From the IMG/VR virus record IMGVR_UViG_3300020442_000015, positions 35,496 through 99,495 of that record: 64,000 nucleotides of DNA. The stretch is one strand, 5' to 3'. Under the pieces are notes generated by a model that saw only the letters and a list, made by a program, of their open reading frames with translations, did no database searches and was not told where the DNA came from. The stretch comes from a virus. Shown here piece after piece: positions 10,375 through 18,859 of this stretch. The first letter of the stretch is position 1. Each line of letters opens with the position of its first letter. The position numbers and the translations under genes are program-made.

Positions 10375-11053
10375 GATTTTCTACTATCAATATGAAGGTG
10401 CTCGTGATCCAATCACGATGCTAGATTCTCCTCTTGATATAGAAGGAGTGGGTCTTGAACCAAGAAAAGAGATCGACAATCACTCTCCAAAGGATACACC
10501 GTTCTACGATTGTCCTGCGTGGAGTCATCGTGCTAAGCGAGAGTTCGTAGTTTATGCACCTCGTGACATCACACTGCACGTTAATAACGAAACAGGAGAA
10601 CTTCACGCACCAAATATTTCACAGGAAGATTTTGAGAGATGGGTGAACGTACAAGATGCAACGTTGCCTATCACCACAATTCAGATTCCTGTCCCTATGT
10701 TTCTATTCTGGACAGAGAGTAAGAATATTTGGATCGAACAGATTGACCATCCACAGACAGCATCAAAGAATAATTTCACACTGGTGACAGGATGGTTCAA
10801 TCTCTCTTCTTGGTGTCGTCCTATCTCTCTAGGTGTGCGTCTGGTTGATGATAAGAAACCCATCATAATTAAACGTGGTGATCCACTATATAAGATCAGG
10901 TTTATGAAGGAAGGAAACTTCAATAAAACTTTCGAGTTGGTGAAGTCACGACCTGAACCTGAAATTATGTTGGATGTTCACAAACGTGTCAAAGCGAAAA
11001 AGATCATTCCATATCTTTCCGACAAACTTATCTTTGGGTGTCCGTTCAAATGA
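10364..11053 (+). CDS. Hypothetical protein (related to 8160..8945; DUF6065-like)
   Basis: 'CPAW...FVVYAP', 'IKRGDPLYKIRF', C-terminal GCPF. Confidence 0.55.
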   Translation: MSSKIFYYQYEGARDPITMLDSPLDIEGVGLEPRKEIDNHSPKDTPFYDCPAWSHRAKREFVVYAPRDITLHVNNETGELHAPNISQEDFERWVNVQDATLPITTIQIPVPMFLFWTESKNIWIEQIDHPQTASKNNFTLVTGWFNLSSWCRPISLGVRLVDDKKPIIIKRGDPLYKIRFMKEGNFNKTFELVKSRPEPEIMLDVHKRVKAKKIIPYLSDKLIFGCPFK

Positions 11054-11700
11054 ATAATTACGCTGAAGAGTTTGTTCCCACAACGGTGATCGATAATTTC
11101 TTTGAGACACCATCACTCGTGAGAGCATTTGCTCAACAACAAGAATACTTTCTCTGCACAGATCACCCTCGTGGTGGTAATTGGCCAGGGAAAAGATGTA
11201 ACCTGTTAAATGAGATCGATCCAGTCTTTCACGAGATTGTGTGTAAGAAACTGGTAAGGTATCTTCCACATCATCAAGCATTTGACATCGCAGATATGAC
11301 ATTTCATATGTGTGATGGAGCAAACTCTCCTGGGTGGATCCACACTGACCCACCACATTTGGGCATCGGTGCTGTTATCTATTTGAATCAAGGTATTAGA
11401 CCAGGCACAGGAACTTGTCTGTATGATGTACCGCCTGGGTTTAATGGTCAGGGATATGAAGAAGAGTTCCAACAACAACTTGCTCTTCAGGGTACACCTG
11501 AGGCAGCAAAGTTCGAGAAGTATAAAGAAGATTGTAATGGTGTATTTCGACCGTCAGTGACTGTTGAAGCACGCTATAATCGATGTATACTATTTGATGG
11601 ACGTAAATACCACGGAGGTATGAACTTCTTTGGTAATGACGTTACTGATGCTAGACTAACACTTGTATTCTTTGGGAGGGGTATTTTAATTGGACCTTGA
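11050..11700 (+). CDS. 2OG-Fe(II) oxygenase (DUF6445-like)
   Basis: 'VIDNFFETP', 'WPGKR', WIHTD, 'AVIYLN', 'YNRCILFDGRKYHG', 'RLTLVFF'. Confidence 0.85.
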   Translation: MNNYAEEFVPTTVIDNFFETPSLVRAFAQQQEYFLCTDHPRGGNWPGKRCNLLNEIDPVFHEIVCKKLVRYLPHHQAFDIADMTFHMCDGANSPGWIHTDPPHLGIGAVIYLNQGIRPGTGTCLYDVPPGFNGQGYEEEFQQQLALQGTPEAAKFEKYKEDCNGVFRPSVTVEARYNRCILFDGRKYHGGMNFFGNDVTDARLTLVFFGRGILIGP

Positions 11701-12325
11701 AACACTTGCTGACAATAAACTGTACCTGATTAAAGGTGCACTCAGTACAGATCTCTGTGAGTATCTGAAGACTGAGTTTATGATGATTAAGGACATCATT
11801 GAGGCAAACCCGATGGGTCCAACCAGTGATCCTATTATGCCTGGGGCATTTGCAATGTATTCACCTATTTGTTTTGAAGCAATGGGTGATAAGATCAAAC
11901 CACAGATTGAGGAAGTGCTCGATGCAGAACTATGGCAAACCTTTTCCTACGCGAGGGTGTACGTTAAGGGTACCAATCTTGTACGACATCGTGATAGAAC
12001 CTCAGGAGAATGGGTCGGTAATGTTTGCATCACTCGTGATGATACCGATTGGCCCTTCTATATTGAGATCGATGGAAAGTCGCATCAAATTGTCCTCAAT
12101 CAAGGCGATTTATTGATATTCAGGGGACACAAAGATTTCCACTGGAGACCAAAATATCAGGGAGATCTTCAAATCCAAGCATTTGTCTCTTATGTTGACA
12201 AAAATGGCAAATATAGTAAGAATAAGTGGGATGGTCGCCCTGGTCTTGCTTATCCTTGGGAAACTGCATCCGAAGAGATACAGTATGAACAGTCGATGAT
12301 TAACTCTTCACCTTATTACACCTGA
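11690..12325 (+). CDS. 2OG-Fe(II) oxygenase
   Basis: TTG start with GGGAGG; 'TFSYARVY', 'RHRDR', 'GDLLIFRG...HWR'. Confidence 0.85.
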   Translation: MDLETLADNKLYLIKGALSTDLCEYLKTEFMMIKDIIEANPMGPTSDPIMPGAFAMYSPICFEAMGDKIKPQIEEVLDAELWQTFSYARVYVKGTNLVRHRDRTSGEWVGNVCITRDDTDWPFYIEIDGKSHQIVLNQGDLLIFRGHKDFHWRPKYQGDLQIQAFVSYVDKNGKYSKNKWDGRPGLAYPWETASEEIQYEQSMINSSPYYT

Positions 12326-12483
12326 TGAATTTTGACTCTGAAGAACTGAAGTATCTGCTCACAGTATTGGGCAGAACATCATCTTTCACCCGTGCTAGAG
12401 GTGAACAAATCGATCACCCAACAATTAAACATCAACGTATTGAACGTAAAGTTCAAGATCAACTAAGACGTTTGCATCAATGA
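12325..12483 (+). CDS. Small hypothetical protein (52 aa, below ORF-track cutoff)
   Basis: MNFDSEELKYLL...RRLHQ fills the gap exactly, with TGATG and ATGA overlaps. Confidence 0.65.
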   Translation: MNFDSEELKYLLTVLGRTSSFTRARGEQIDHPTIKHQRIERKVQDQLRRLHQ

Positions 12484-13103
12484 AACTAACAATCGAAAAT
12501 CCATTCGATACATTCTATAAGAAGGCAAAAGATGTCATCGTGTTTGATGATATTATTCCTGAGGTATACCAAAATTGGTTGATAGATTGTATCAAGAATG
12601 AAGACCTGATGTGGCACCGTAAGGATGCTGCAATTAGTGATATGTTTGAGGATGATCCTCGCAATGGATTCTGCAACTTTCACTATCTCTTTGATAAGGA
12701 TGAGGGTGGAGAGTTGAGTCCATTGTGTAATGCGTTTATGCCACTGGCATTGCAGTTTAGAGAGAAACTTCAGGCAGAATGTTTGTTTCGTATGCGTGTG
12801 AATTGTGTGCCTGCTTGGCACTCTAATCAAGTACAACTTCCACACGTTGATTCGTATCATTTTGAAGCGTGGAATGTTATCTACTACATTGATGACAGTA
12901 ATGGTGATACAATCATCTATGATGAACGTACGAGAGATCATCAAGAATACTTGAAGATTGCAACGAGAGATATGTACACAGTTAAGACAGCAGTATCACC
13001 CAAGAAAGGACGTGCTGTTGCTATTAAAGGTGATCTCTTTCACGCTTCTACATTGCCAATGGGAACTTGGAGACCAGTGTTAAATATGGTAGTACATTCT
13101 TGA
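12480..13103 (+). CDS. 2OG-Fe(II) oxygenase
   Basis: PHVD, 'IYYIDDSNGDT', 'PKKGRAV...FHAS'. Confidence 0.88.
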   Translation: MKLTIENPFDTFYKKAKDVIVFDDIIPEVYQNWLIDCIKNEDLMWHRKDAAISDMFEDDPRNGFCNFHYLFDKDEGGELSPLCNAFMPLALQFREKLQAECLFRMRVNCVPAWHSNQVQLPHVDSYHFEAWNVIYYIDDSNGDTIIYDERTRDHQEYLKIATRDMYTVKTAVSPKKGRAVAIKGDLFHASTLPMGTWRPVLNMVVHS

Positions 13104-13105
13104 TT

Positions 13106-13780
13106 ATGGATAAAGTCTATAAGGTATATGATGGTGACGCTCACTGTTTGTGGAGGTCACCTGTTGTTGTAAATGAACAAGATGAGATGATTGCACAACT
13201 TGGTCGTGCACATCGTCATTTCAAGAATACTTTCACTGGGTTCGATTCTTCTCTCACTGGTAATGAATTGACTCTTGGTGCTCTACCTAACTTGTTCTCA
13301 CAACAGGAACAACGAGAGGATGACAAAGTATTTCTAGATGGTGAGAAGGATTTCAGTGGTTATAGGTTCTATAATATATTTGCACTGACAGCACCATCAC
13401 CACTATTTTGGCAACTATATCGTGACATTCAAACTGTAGTTCGCACAACACTTGCACACGATGAACCACTGTATATGCAATGTTGGATGAATTATCATAC
13501 TCCTGACAAGGTATTGAAGTGGCACGATCATAAGTTTCCATACCACGGTTATGTGAGTATTGATCCCAAGAATACCACCACTAAGTTTAGAAACGGTGAG
13601 GATCCTGTCCTCTATGAGATCAATAACGAAGTGGGAAACATATATTTTGGTGCTGCCCCAGGCAGGTATCACAAAGTATTCGTAAACGATGACTTCGGGG
13701 GTAGACGAATTACCCTTGGATTTGATATAGTAGAGACGCCTGATCTTCCTGACGATCAGTTCTCACTAATCCCTATCTAA
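13106..13780 (+). CDS. 2OG-Fe(II) oxygenase
   Basis: 'CWMNYH...LKWHDH...HGYVSI', 'YHKV', 'RITLGFD'. Confidence 0.8.
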   Translation: MDKVYKVYDGDAHCLWRSPVVVNEQDEMIAQLGRAHRHFKNTFTGFDSSLTGNELTLGALPNLFSQQEQREDDKVFLDGEKDFSGYRFYNIFALTAPSPLFWQLYRDIQTVVRTTLAHDEPLYMQCWMNYHTPDKVLKWHDHKFPYHGYVSIDPKNTTTKFRNGEDPVLYEINNEVGNIYFGAAPGRYHKVFVNDDFGGRRITLGFDIVETPDLPDDQFSLIPI

Positions 13781-13783
13781 ATA
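13777..13783 (+). promoter_or_regulatory. T4-type late promoter (CTAAATA) upstream of the bilin lyase gene
   Basis: Same motif and placement (overlapping a stop codon, about 23 nt before ATG) as at 2669. Confidence 0.55.
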
Positions 13784-13806
13784 CTGTTAAGCAACTTCGA
13801 CAACTT

Positions 13807-14316
13807 ATGGACACACGAGTCACTAACTGGATGGATCGTTCTTGTGGTAGATGGACTTCATATCGTAGGTATATCTACACCAAGTTCAACAAACAAATTA
13901 AGTATGAAACAACATTGATTTGTGACAAGAGATCTGACAACAGTTGGGGTAGTCAATGGTGTTCAAAAGATGAGGAAGGCAACTACTTCAGTGAAGGAGA
14001 TATGGAACTATTCATCACTCCTGACAATAAGTGTGAGCGTTCCAGAGGTTATATGTCAGAAGAACCAGACACAAGTGACATCTCAGTGATCGATGATGAT
14101 TGCCTTGTCTGGGAAACTTCGTATAATGGTATGACATTCCGCGAGGAGATTCGTCTCTGCGAGAATGACACCGTTAGGTTGAGACAAACCTACGGCAAGA
14201 AGTTGTCCGATGGGACAGTTTTTCTTGTTGGACAGTATTACGAAAAACGTTCTGGGGGGAACGAAAATGTACCTGAAGTCACAGATTCTGTCAGAGAATC
14301 AGAAGTGCATACTTAG
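13807..14316 (+). CDS. Phycobiliprotein (bilin) lyase, CpcS/CpeS/CpcV (S/U-type) family
   Basis: 'SCGRWTSYRRY' (cf. S.G.W.S.R), 'RSRGYMSEEP' (cf. R..GY.E..P), 'TSYNGMTFREEIRL', 'RLRQT', terminal 'YEKR'. Size and strand pattern fit the lyase beta-barrel. Confidence 0.8.
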   Translation: MDTRVTNWMDRSCGRWTSYRRYIYTKFNKQIKYETTLICDKRSDNSWGSQWCSKDEEGNYFSEGDMELFITPDNKCERSRGYMSEEPDTSDISVIDDDCLVWETSYNGMTFREEIRLCENDTVRLRQTYGKKLSDGTVFLVGQYYEKRSGGNENVPEVTDSVRESEVHT

Positions 14317-14455
14317 AAAAGCACTTATGTTATATCTGGCAAATACGCACCGCAAGCACCACAACAAACAGATCAGTGACACTCAATTAACTGTCACAGA
14401 GTGCAACCTCGATGAGATTGCAGATCTGCTACACTTAAGGCACGTCCTTAAATGA
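14267..14455 (+). CDS. Small hypothetical protein
   Basis: ATG 14267 behind GGGGG; coupled to the next gene. Confidence 0.5.
   Translation: MYLKSQILSENQKCILRKALMLYLANTHRKHHNKQISDTQLTVTECNLDEIADLLHLRHVLK
14376..14435 (+). promoter_or_regulatory. Promoter cassette copy 1 (GTGACA-N10-TGTCAC ... TGCTACACT)
   Basis: Inverted repeat plus extended -10; matches the other copies. Confidence 0.6.
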
Positions 14456-14784
14456 CGACGCCTCTCTTTCTATCGGAGTCCGTACCTTTGGAAGTAAGAA
14501 ACATTCTCAAGGCACTTGAAGTGGGTATGCCTGCAAAATGGGGCACGATTCAAGGAGAGATCGAGTACATTGGGGACGAATATCTCACCATTTGTGTTGC
14601 TTCTAAGGAGCAATGTGATGAGCATTGTTTTCGCAAAGAAACCAAATGTTGTGTTATAGTATATCAAGCGGACTGGGATGATCTTGAGATTGATCCTGCT
14701 GTCTTTCAATATAAGAAAGCATACAGGGGAAAAACTAACGATCACCCAGGAAACGAGATGCTCCCACCTACCGATCAACGATGA
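14452..14784 (+). CDS. Hypothetical protein
   Basis: 110-aa ORF downstream of the promoter cassette. Confidence 0.7.
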   Translation: MTTPLFLSESVPLEVRNILKALEVGMPAKWGTIQGEIEYIGDEYLTICVASKEQCDEHCFRKETKCCVIVYQADWDDLEIDPAVFQYKKAYRGKTNDHPGNEMLPPTDQR

Positions 14785-14847
14785 GAAACTACGCAACCGA
14801 AATGTACACATACAACGACAAGTTGTATAAACAGATCTGTCTTTATT

Positions 14848-15015
14848 ATGAACAAATTCAACGTGACGTGGAAGAAGCAAAAGAAACGAGGAAGTTTCTC
14901 AACTCAGCAAGTTACGTTCCTAAGTCTGTCGGACGCGGTATGGTACAGCACTGAGTTGCAATTAGATCCCAAATGTACTAAGATTGAAGTAATTCCGATC
15001 TTTCACGATGACTGA
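14848..15015 (+). CDS. Small hypothetical protein (55 aa)
   Basis: MNKFNVTWKKQKKRG...IPIFHDD; overlaps the next start. Confidence 0.55.
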   Translation: MNKFNVTWKKQKKRGSFSTQQVTFLSLSDAVWYSTELQLDPKCTKIEVIPIFHDD

Positions 15016-15175
15016 CGCCGAATCTGCTAAGATGTGGGAGAACCGTTATTGGTCTCTACGTCGATGGATTGAAAAACAACGTCTTGACATTGATTCAATG
15101 TCTGACGATGATGCCACAGTTGACCTATTCTGGGAAACCCTTGTAATTGACAATCAAAATGATCGGAAACCTTGA
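15008..15175 (+). CDS. Small hypothetical protein (55 aa)
   Basis: MTDAESAKMWENRYW...; tiles with its neighbours. Confidence 0.55.
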   Translation: MTDAESAKMWENRYWSLRRWIEKQRLDIDSMSDDDATVDLFWETLVIDNQNDRKP

Positions 15176-15503
15176 ACCTGAAGAACACGTTATGAGCGAC
15201 AAATGTTTCACTCAAGAGGATCTATGGCAGTTAATGCAAACTCTCGGATGGGATGTTCGCAATGATAACATTGCCCTCGAAGTTGGCGGAACCTCAGTCT
15301 ATATGATTGATGGCGATGGAACTAAATGGGCACCAGTGAAAGGAACGAGAAAGTATAATAAAGATGCTTTCATCGTTATCAAGAACAGGAGTCGTGATCC
15401 TGTTGTACCATCTATGCCAATTCCTATTCAACAAGATGAACAAACTGAACAAAAGGGAGACGATCGCACTACAGACAGCAATGCAACTGATGTCAAAGCG
15501 TGA
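15159..15503 (+). CDS. Hypothetical protein
   Basis: ORF track 15147..15503; ATG at 15159 preferred. Confidence 0.65.
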   Translation: MIGNLEPEEHVMSDKCFTQEDLWQLMQTLGWDVRNDNIALEVGGTSVYMIDGDGTKWAPVKGTRKYNKDAFIVIKNRSRDPVVPSMPIPIQQDEQTEQKGDDRTTDSNATDVKA

Positions 15504-15615
15504 TCAACAACTGCAAGAGAATCTTCTAAATATCTCCTACAGTAACCTGTTCGATAAACTAGAAGATTATGTCAATGCCATTGAGGAAACTGGCGAAACT
15601 CACGCCAGTGTCTGA
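15436..15615 (+). CDS. Small hypothetical protein
   Basis: MNKLNKRETIAL...; in frame with the 15364 ORF. Confidence 0.5.
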   Translation: MNKLNKRETIALQTAMQLMSKRDQQLQENLLNISYSNLFDKLEDYVNAIEETGETHASV

Positions 15616-15784
15616 TCGTGCTAAACTACAGTTTGCACAAATAATGAACAACAATCCGATGTGTACTATTGAAGAACGTAGATCTGACGGTCGTACGTTC
15701 TTCTCTAGTCATCAAGAACCAGAGTTCTGGATGTGGTCGGATGGAAGAGATGATCCGCACTGGACTTATGAGCAACTTGCCTGA
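15569..15784 (+). CDS. Small hypothetical protein
   Basis: 71-aa ORF in a tiled array. Confidence 0.6.
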   Translation: MSMPLRKLAKLTPVSDRAKLQFAQIMNNNPMCTIEERRSDGRTFFSSHQEPEFWMWSDGRDDPHWTYEQLA

Positions 15785-15977
15785 TTTCTTCAAACAAACA
15801 TCAGATGCACCTTATGATCGCCACTGGTATAAGATCTGGTGCACTGATAATAGTGTTAAGATCGTAGAATCTTACGAGGAAGTTCAAACCGCTTGGTGGA
15901 ACTTCAAACAATTTATTTCACATATTGAGGTGATTGATGCCAAACGAAACAGAGGGTCAGGCAGGGGATTCGCTTAA
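15768..15977 (+). CDS. Small hypothetical protein
   Basis: MSNLPDFFKQTSDAPYDRH...GRGFA. Confidence 0.6.
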   Translation: MSNLPDFFKQTSDAPYDRHWYKIWCTDNSVKIVESYEEVQTAWWNFKQFISHIEVIDAKRNRGSGRGFA

Positions 15978-16152
15978 GATTGATGTAACTGACGACGGTC
16001 AAGTTACCATCGACTGGGATCCAAACGATCCACAATGGGGATGGTTGTCTGCACTAAATGATGAACAATTACAGGAATTTGTAAACAATGCCTTATCACA
16101 ACTTGTCGAATCCAGCAGTGAAGATGAACGAGATGGAGCAGATGATCTATGA
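15937..16152 (+). CDS. Small acidic hypothetical protein
   Basis: GAGGTG RBS; 'VTIDWDPNDPQWGWL'. Confidence 0.65.
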   Translation: MPNETEGQAGDSLKIDVTDDGQVTIDWDPNDPQWGWLSALNDEQLQEFVNNALSQLVESSSEDERDGADDL

Positions 16153-16387
16153 GGTAGAATCACTGAGAGTCAGAGTATCTGGATCCACTGAGTTTACCAA
16201 GTCACAGATCAACAGAATGCAAGATTTGCTTGCTATTGTACACCGAGACCTTATTCGTTGGAATGGAGATGTGCAACAATCCACAGACGTGTCCAGCGTG
16301 GATACAATCGAATCTGGAGATACTGTCGAAGGTGAAGATACCTTGCGACACTCCGATGCATATTATGATTACTTCAGAAACCGATAA
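16124..16387 (+). CDS. Hypothetical protein
   Basis: Coiled-coil-like ORF in a tiled array. Confidence 0.55.
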   Translation: MNEMEQMIYEVESLRVRVSGSTEFTKSQINRMQDLLAIVHRDLIRWNGDVQQSTDVSSVDTIESGDTVEGEDTLRHSDAYYDYFRNR

Positions 16388-16515
16388 GAAAGTACACCAA
16401 AGCAACAAATAGTAGTTAAGTTTGGTATTGTACTATACATAATAGTAGAGTTTAGCGAGGTGAAACGATGTCCCCTAAGTTTAACTTTATTATGTGATTG
16501 TTCTTTATGGAGTTT

Positions 16516-16695
16516 ATGATGCACAACATCATTTCCAAAGATCAAATGGCAGAATGGAGACACTTTGAACACACTGTTGATACTTGTACTGAAGAACTTG
16601 ACAATGTGAACGACTACTTCGATTGCCTAATTGATTGTTCGATTGAAACTAAATCGCACGGAGAATGCAGGAGGATATGTAGAGAAATGCTATGA
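16516..16695 (+). CDS. Small Cys-rich protein (Cx3C-x9-Cx3C)
   Basis: GGAG RBS; 'NDYFDCLIDC...ECRRICREML' resembles a conserved picocyanobacterial/cyanophage small-protein family. Confidence 0.7.
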   Translation: MMHNIISKDQMAEWRHFEHTVDTCTEELDNVNDYFDCLIDCSIETKSHGECRRICREML

Positions 16696-16748
16696 CACTC
16701 ACGGTACTGTCCACCGCCCTTGCCCCAGGGCGGTTTTTTTTGTATAAT
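16692..16748 (+). promoter_or_regulatory. Promoter cassette copy 2 with an embedded terminator
   Basis: TGACA-N9-CTGTCCAC ... TGTATAAT. Confidence 0.65.
16713..16741 (+). terminator. Rho-independent terminator
   Basis: ACCGCCCT-tgcccc-AGGGCGGT followed by a T-tract. Confidence 0.8.
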
Positions 16749-16771
16749 TATGGGACAGACGACAAACAGAC

Positions 16772-18013
16772 TTGACAATCACCCTCAGACCCCACCAGCA
16801 ACGCGCTCTCGATGCAATGAGCACTGCCGATAAGGGTCAGATCATTGTGCCTACTGGTGGCGGCAAAACATTCATTATGATTCAGGATTGCCTGCGTCAA
16901 CTTAACAACGGTCCTAAGACTATTGTTGTTGTTGCTCCTCGCATTCTTCTTGCTAATCAACTCTGTGATGAGTTTATGCAGCAAGTTTCTAATACTTGGA
17001 CACACGTTGCACACTGCCACAGTGGTGAAACTCACTACTTCAGCACTACTAAGTCTCATAAACTTGCTCTCTTCGCTAACACTGCAAGAGCAGCAAATGA
17101 GTCTGTAATTATCTTCACAACCTATCATTCTCTTGCTCGTGTTGTTGATTCTGGCATTGATATTGATTGTGCTTATTTCGACGAAGCACATAACAGTGTC
17201 AAGAGGTCTTTCTTTGTTCCTACTGTCGCTGTTAGTGATCTCGCTAAGCGCACCTATTTCTTTACTGCTACTCCTCGCATTGCTCGTCATCATCGCGGGA
17301 TGAACAATGTGGACGTTTATGGTCCTATCATCGAGAATGTTCCTGCTCCTGAGTTGTTGAACAACGGCAGCATTATTGCTCCCACGATTGTACCTTTTGA
17401 GGTTGATCTTAATCGTGACAAGAAAACAGCACATCACGCTGATGCTACCACTGTGCAGGATGTGATTGACCAACTCGATGATAATCACGCCGCTAAGGTG
17501 CTTGTAGCGGTCCCCAGCAGTCGTGTTCTCGGTAATATTATTGCCAAGACAGATTTGCTGTTTCAACTCAAGCAGCGCGGTTACAACGTGCTTCACGTTA
17601 CATCTAAGTTCGGTGCATATGTCAACGATAAGAAGGTAAACCGTGAGCAATTCTTCGACACGTTGACTGCTTGGGGCAAGGATAAGGAGAAGAAGTTTGT
17701 TATCTTCCACTACAGTATTCTGTCTGAAGGTATCAACGTGCCTGGTCTTACCCACACAATTCTTCTTCGCAACCTGCAAATCGTTGAGATGGCACAAACA
17801 ATCGGTCGTGTGATTCGTCTCGATCGTGATGATGCTGCTGACATTGCTGCTGGTAACATCGTTGCAGGTAAATTCTCTCTCTATCGTAAACCCACGGGTT
17901 ATGTTTCTGTCCCCGTGTACAAGAACTATGGCAAGCGTACGATTCAGCGTCTCCAAAATGTGTGTGATGCTATCTTCGTCAAGGGTATCCCCCCTGAGTC
18001 GTTTGTTGCATAA
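16772..18013 (+). CDS. Superfamily 2 DEAH helicase (type III restriction Res-like)
   Basis: LRPHQ Q-motif, PTGGGKT, DEAH, TAT, LSEGINV, QTIGRVIR. Confidence 0.9.
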   Translation: MTITLRPHQQRALDAMSTADKGQIIVPTGGGKTFIMIQDCLRQLNNGPKTIVVVAPRILLANQLCDEFMQQVSNTWTHVAHCHSGETHYFSTTKSHKLALFANTARAANESVIIFTTYHSLARVVDSGIDIDCAYFDEAHNSVKRSFFVPTVAVSDLAKRTYFFTATPRIARHHRGMNNVDVYGPIIENVPAPELLNNGSIIAPTIVPFEVDLNRDKKTAHHADATTVQDVIDQLDDNHAAKVLVAVPSSRVLGNIIAKTDLLFQLKQRGYNVLHVTSKFGAYVNDKKVNREQFFDTLTAWGKDKEKKFVIFHYSILSEGINVPGLTHTILLRNLQIVEMAQTIGRVIRLDRDDAADIAAGNIVAGKFSLYRKPTGYVSVPVYKNYGKRTIQRLQNVCDAIFVKGIPPESFVA

Positions 18014-18045
18014 ATAAGACAGGACACTAACACTGAGAAAAGTAA

Positions 18046-18474
18046 ATGGCATCCGAAACTGTTAATGGGCAGGCAGATCTCCTGCTTGCAAAGTTAGGTG
18101 AGAAGGCAAAAGCATACCGTCTCGCTAACATCAACAAGAGACTGACTGAGAGTTCTGTTGGTGTTGGATCCGCAGGATTAGGCGCTGGAGGTAGTGCTGA
18201 CCGCATCCAACAAAAGAAAGACAAAGTAGAAGCAAATCACGCCTCTGTTACTTGGCAATTCACCAAGGAAGATGGGCAAAACGGTGATCTTATCATCAAA
18301 GCGATTGCACCCGCTGATAGAGGTGGATACACTAAAGTTTGGGGATACGTTGATGGTGAGACTGGTAAAGTTCGCCCTGATTTGAATGCAGCATATGTGG
18401 ATGCTAACAGCATTAGTGACACATATAGAGCAGCATTCTTTGATAAAATTACACATTTAGGCACACACTGGTAA
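18046..18474 (+). CDS. Hypothetical protein
   Basis: 142 aa; preceded by the late-type motif CATAAATA (18009-18016). Confidence 0.7.
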   Translation: MASETVNGQADLLLAKLGEKAKAYRLANINKRLTESSVGVGSAGLGAGGSADRIQQKKDKVEANHASVTWQFTKEDGQNGDLIIKAIAPADRGGYTKVWGYVDGETGKVRPDLNAAYVDANSISDTYRAAFFDKITHLGTHW

Positions 18475-18481
18475 ACCCCTT

Positions 18482-18556
18482 GTGCCAATTAGATAAAGTG
18501 TCCACTGAACCACCCCACGGGGTGGTTTTCGTGTATTCTATGAGAGTCAAAGGAAC
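18482..18556 (+). promoter_or_regulatory. Promoter cassette copy 3 with a stem-loop
   Basis: GTGCCA-N10-GTGTCCAC, hairpin AACCACCC-cacg-GGGTGGTT, then TCGTGTATTCT-ATGAGAGTCAAAGGAAC. Confidence 0.7.
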
Positions 18557-18562
18557 AGCACT

Positions 18563-18859
18563 ATGGAACTCGATCACATCTGCGTCTACTTCGGTAAGGG
18601 ATCTGATGGTGAAGAATGGTCCATCACTGCTCGTGGATTCTCTACACCACGACAGGCAGAAAAGCACGGTCTGTTTATGATGCCAGTGCCTGGATGTTTC
18701 GGGTTCGCTGTTATCACTCAAGGAGAATCTGAAAGCGGTCCCTGCTTCTGGCAAGTTCGTGAAGATCTGAGCATCCTCCCTAACGATCGTTCGATCACAA
18801 TGGGAGACTACAATAATTTCAAGATCACCACTCTCGTCGGTAAACTTCAGTACGTTTGA
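18563..18859 (+). CDS. Hypothetical protein (putative early)
   Basis: AAGGA RBS within the cassette. Confidence 0.7.
   Translation: MELDHICVYFGKGSDGEEWSITARGFSTPRQAEKHGLFMMPVPGCFGFAVITQGESESGPCFWQVREDLSILPNDRSITMGDYNNFKITTLVGKLQYV

Noticed and set aside
16748-18052. 434-aa minus-strand ORF
   Set aside because: In-register antisense shadow of the helicase; no motifs, and opposite to the uniform gene direction.
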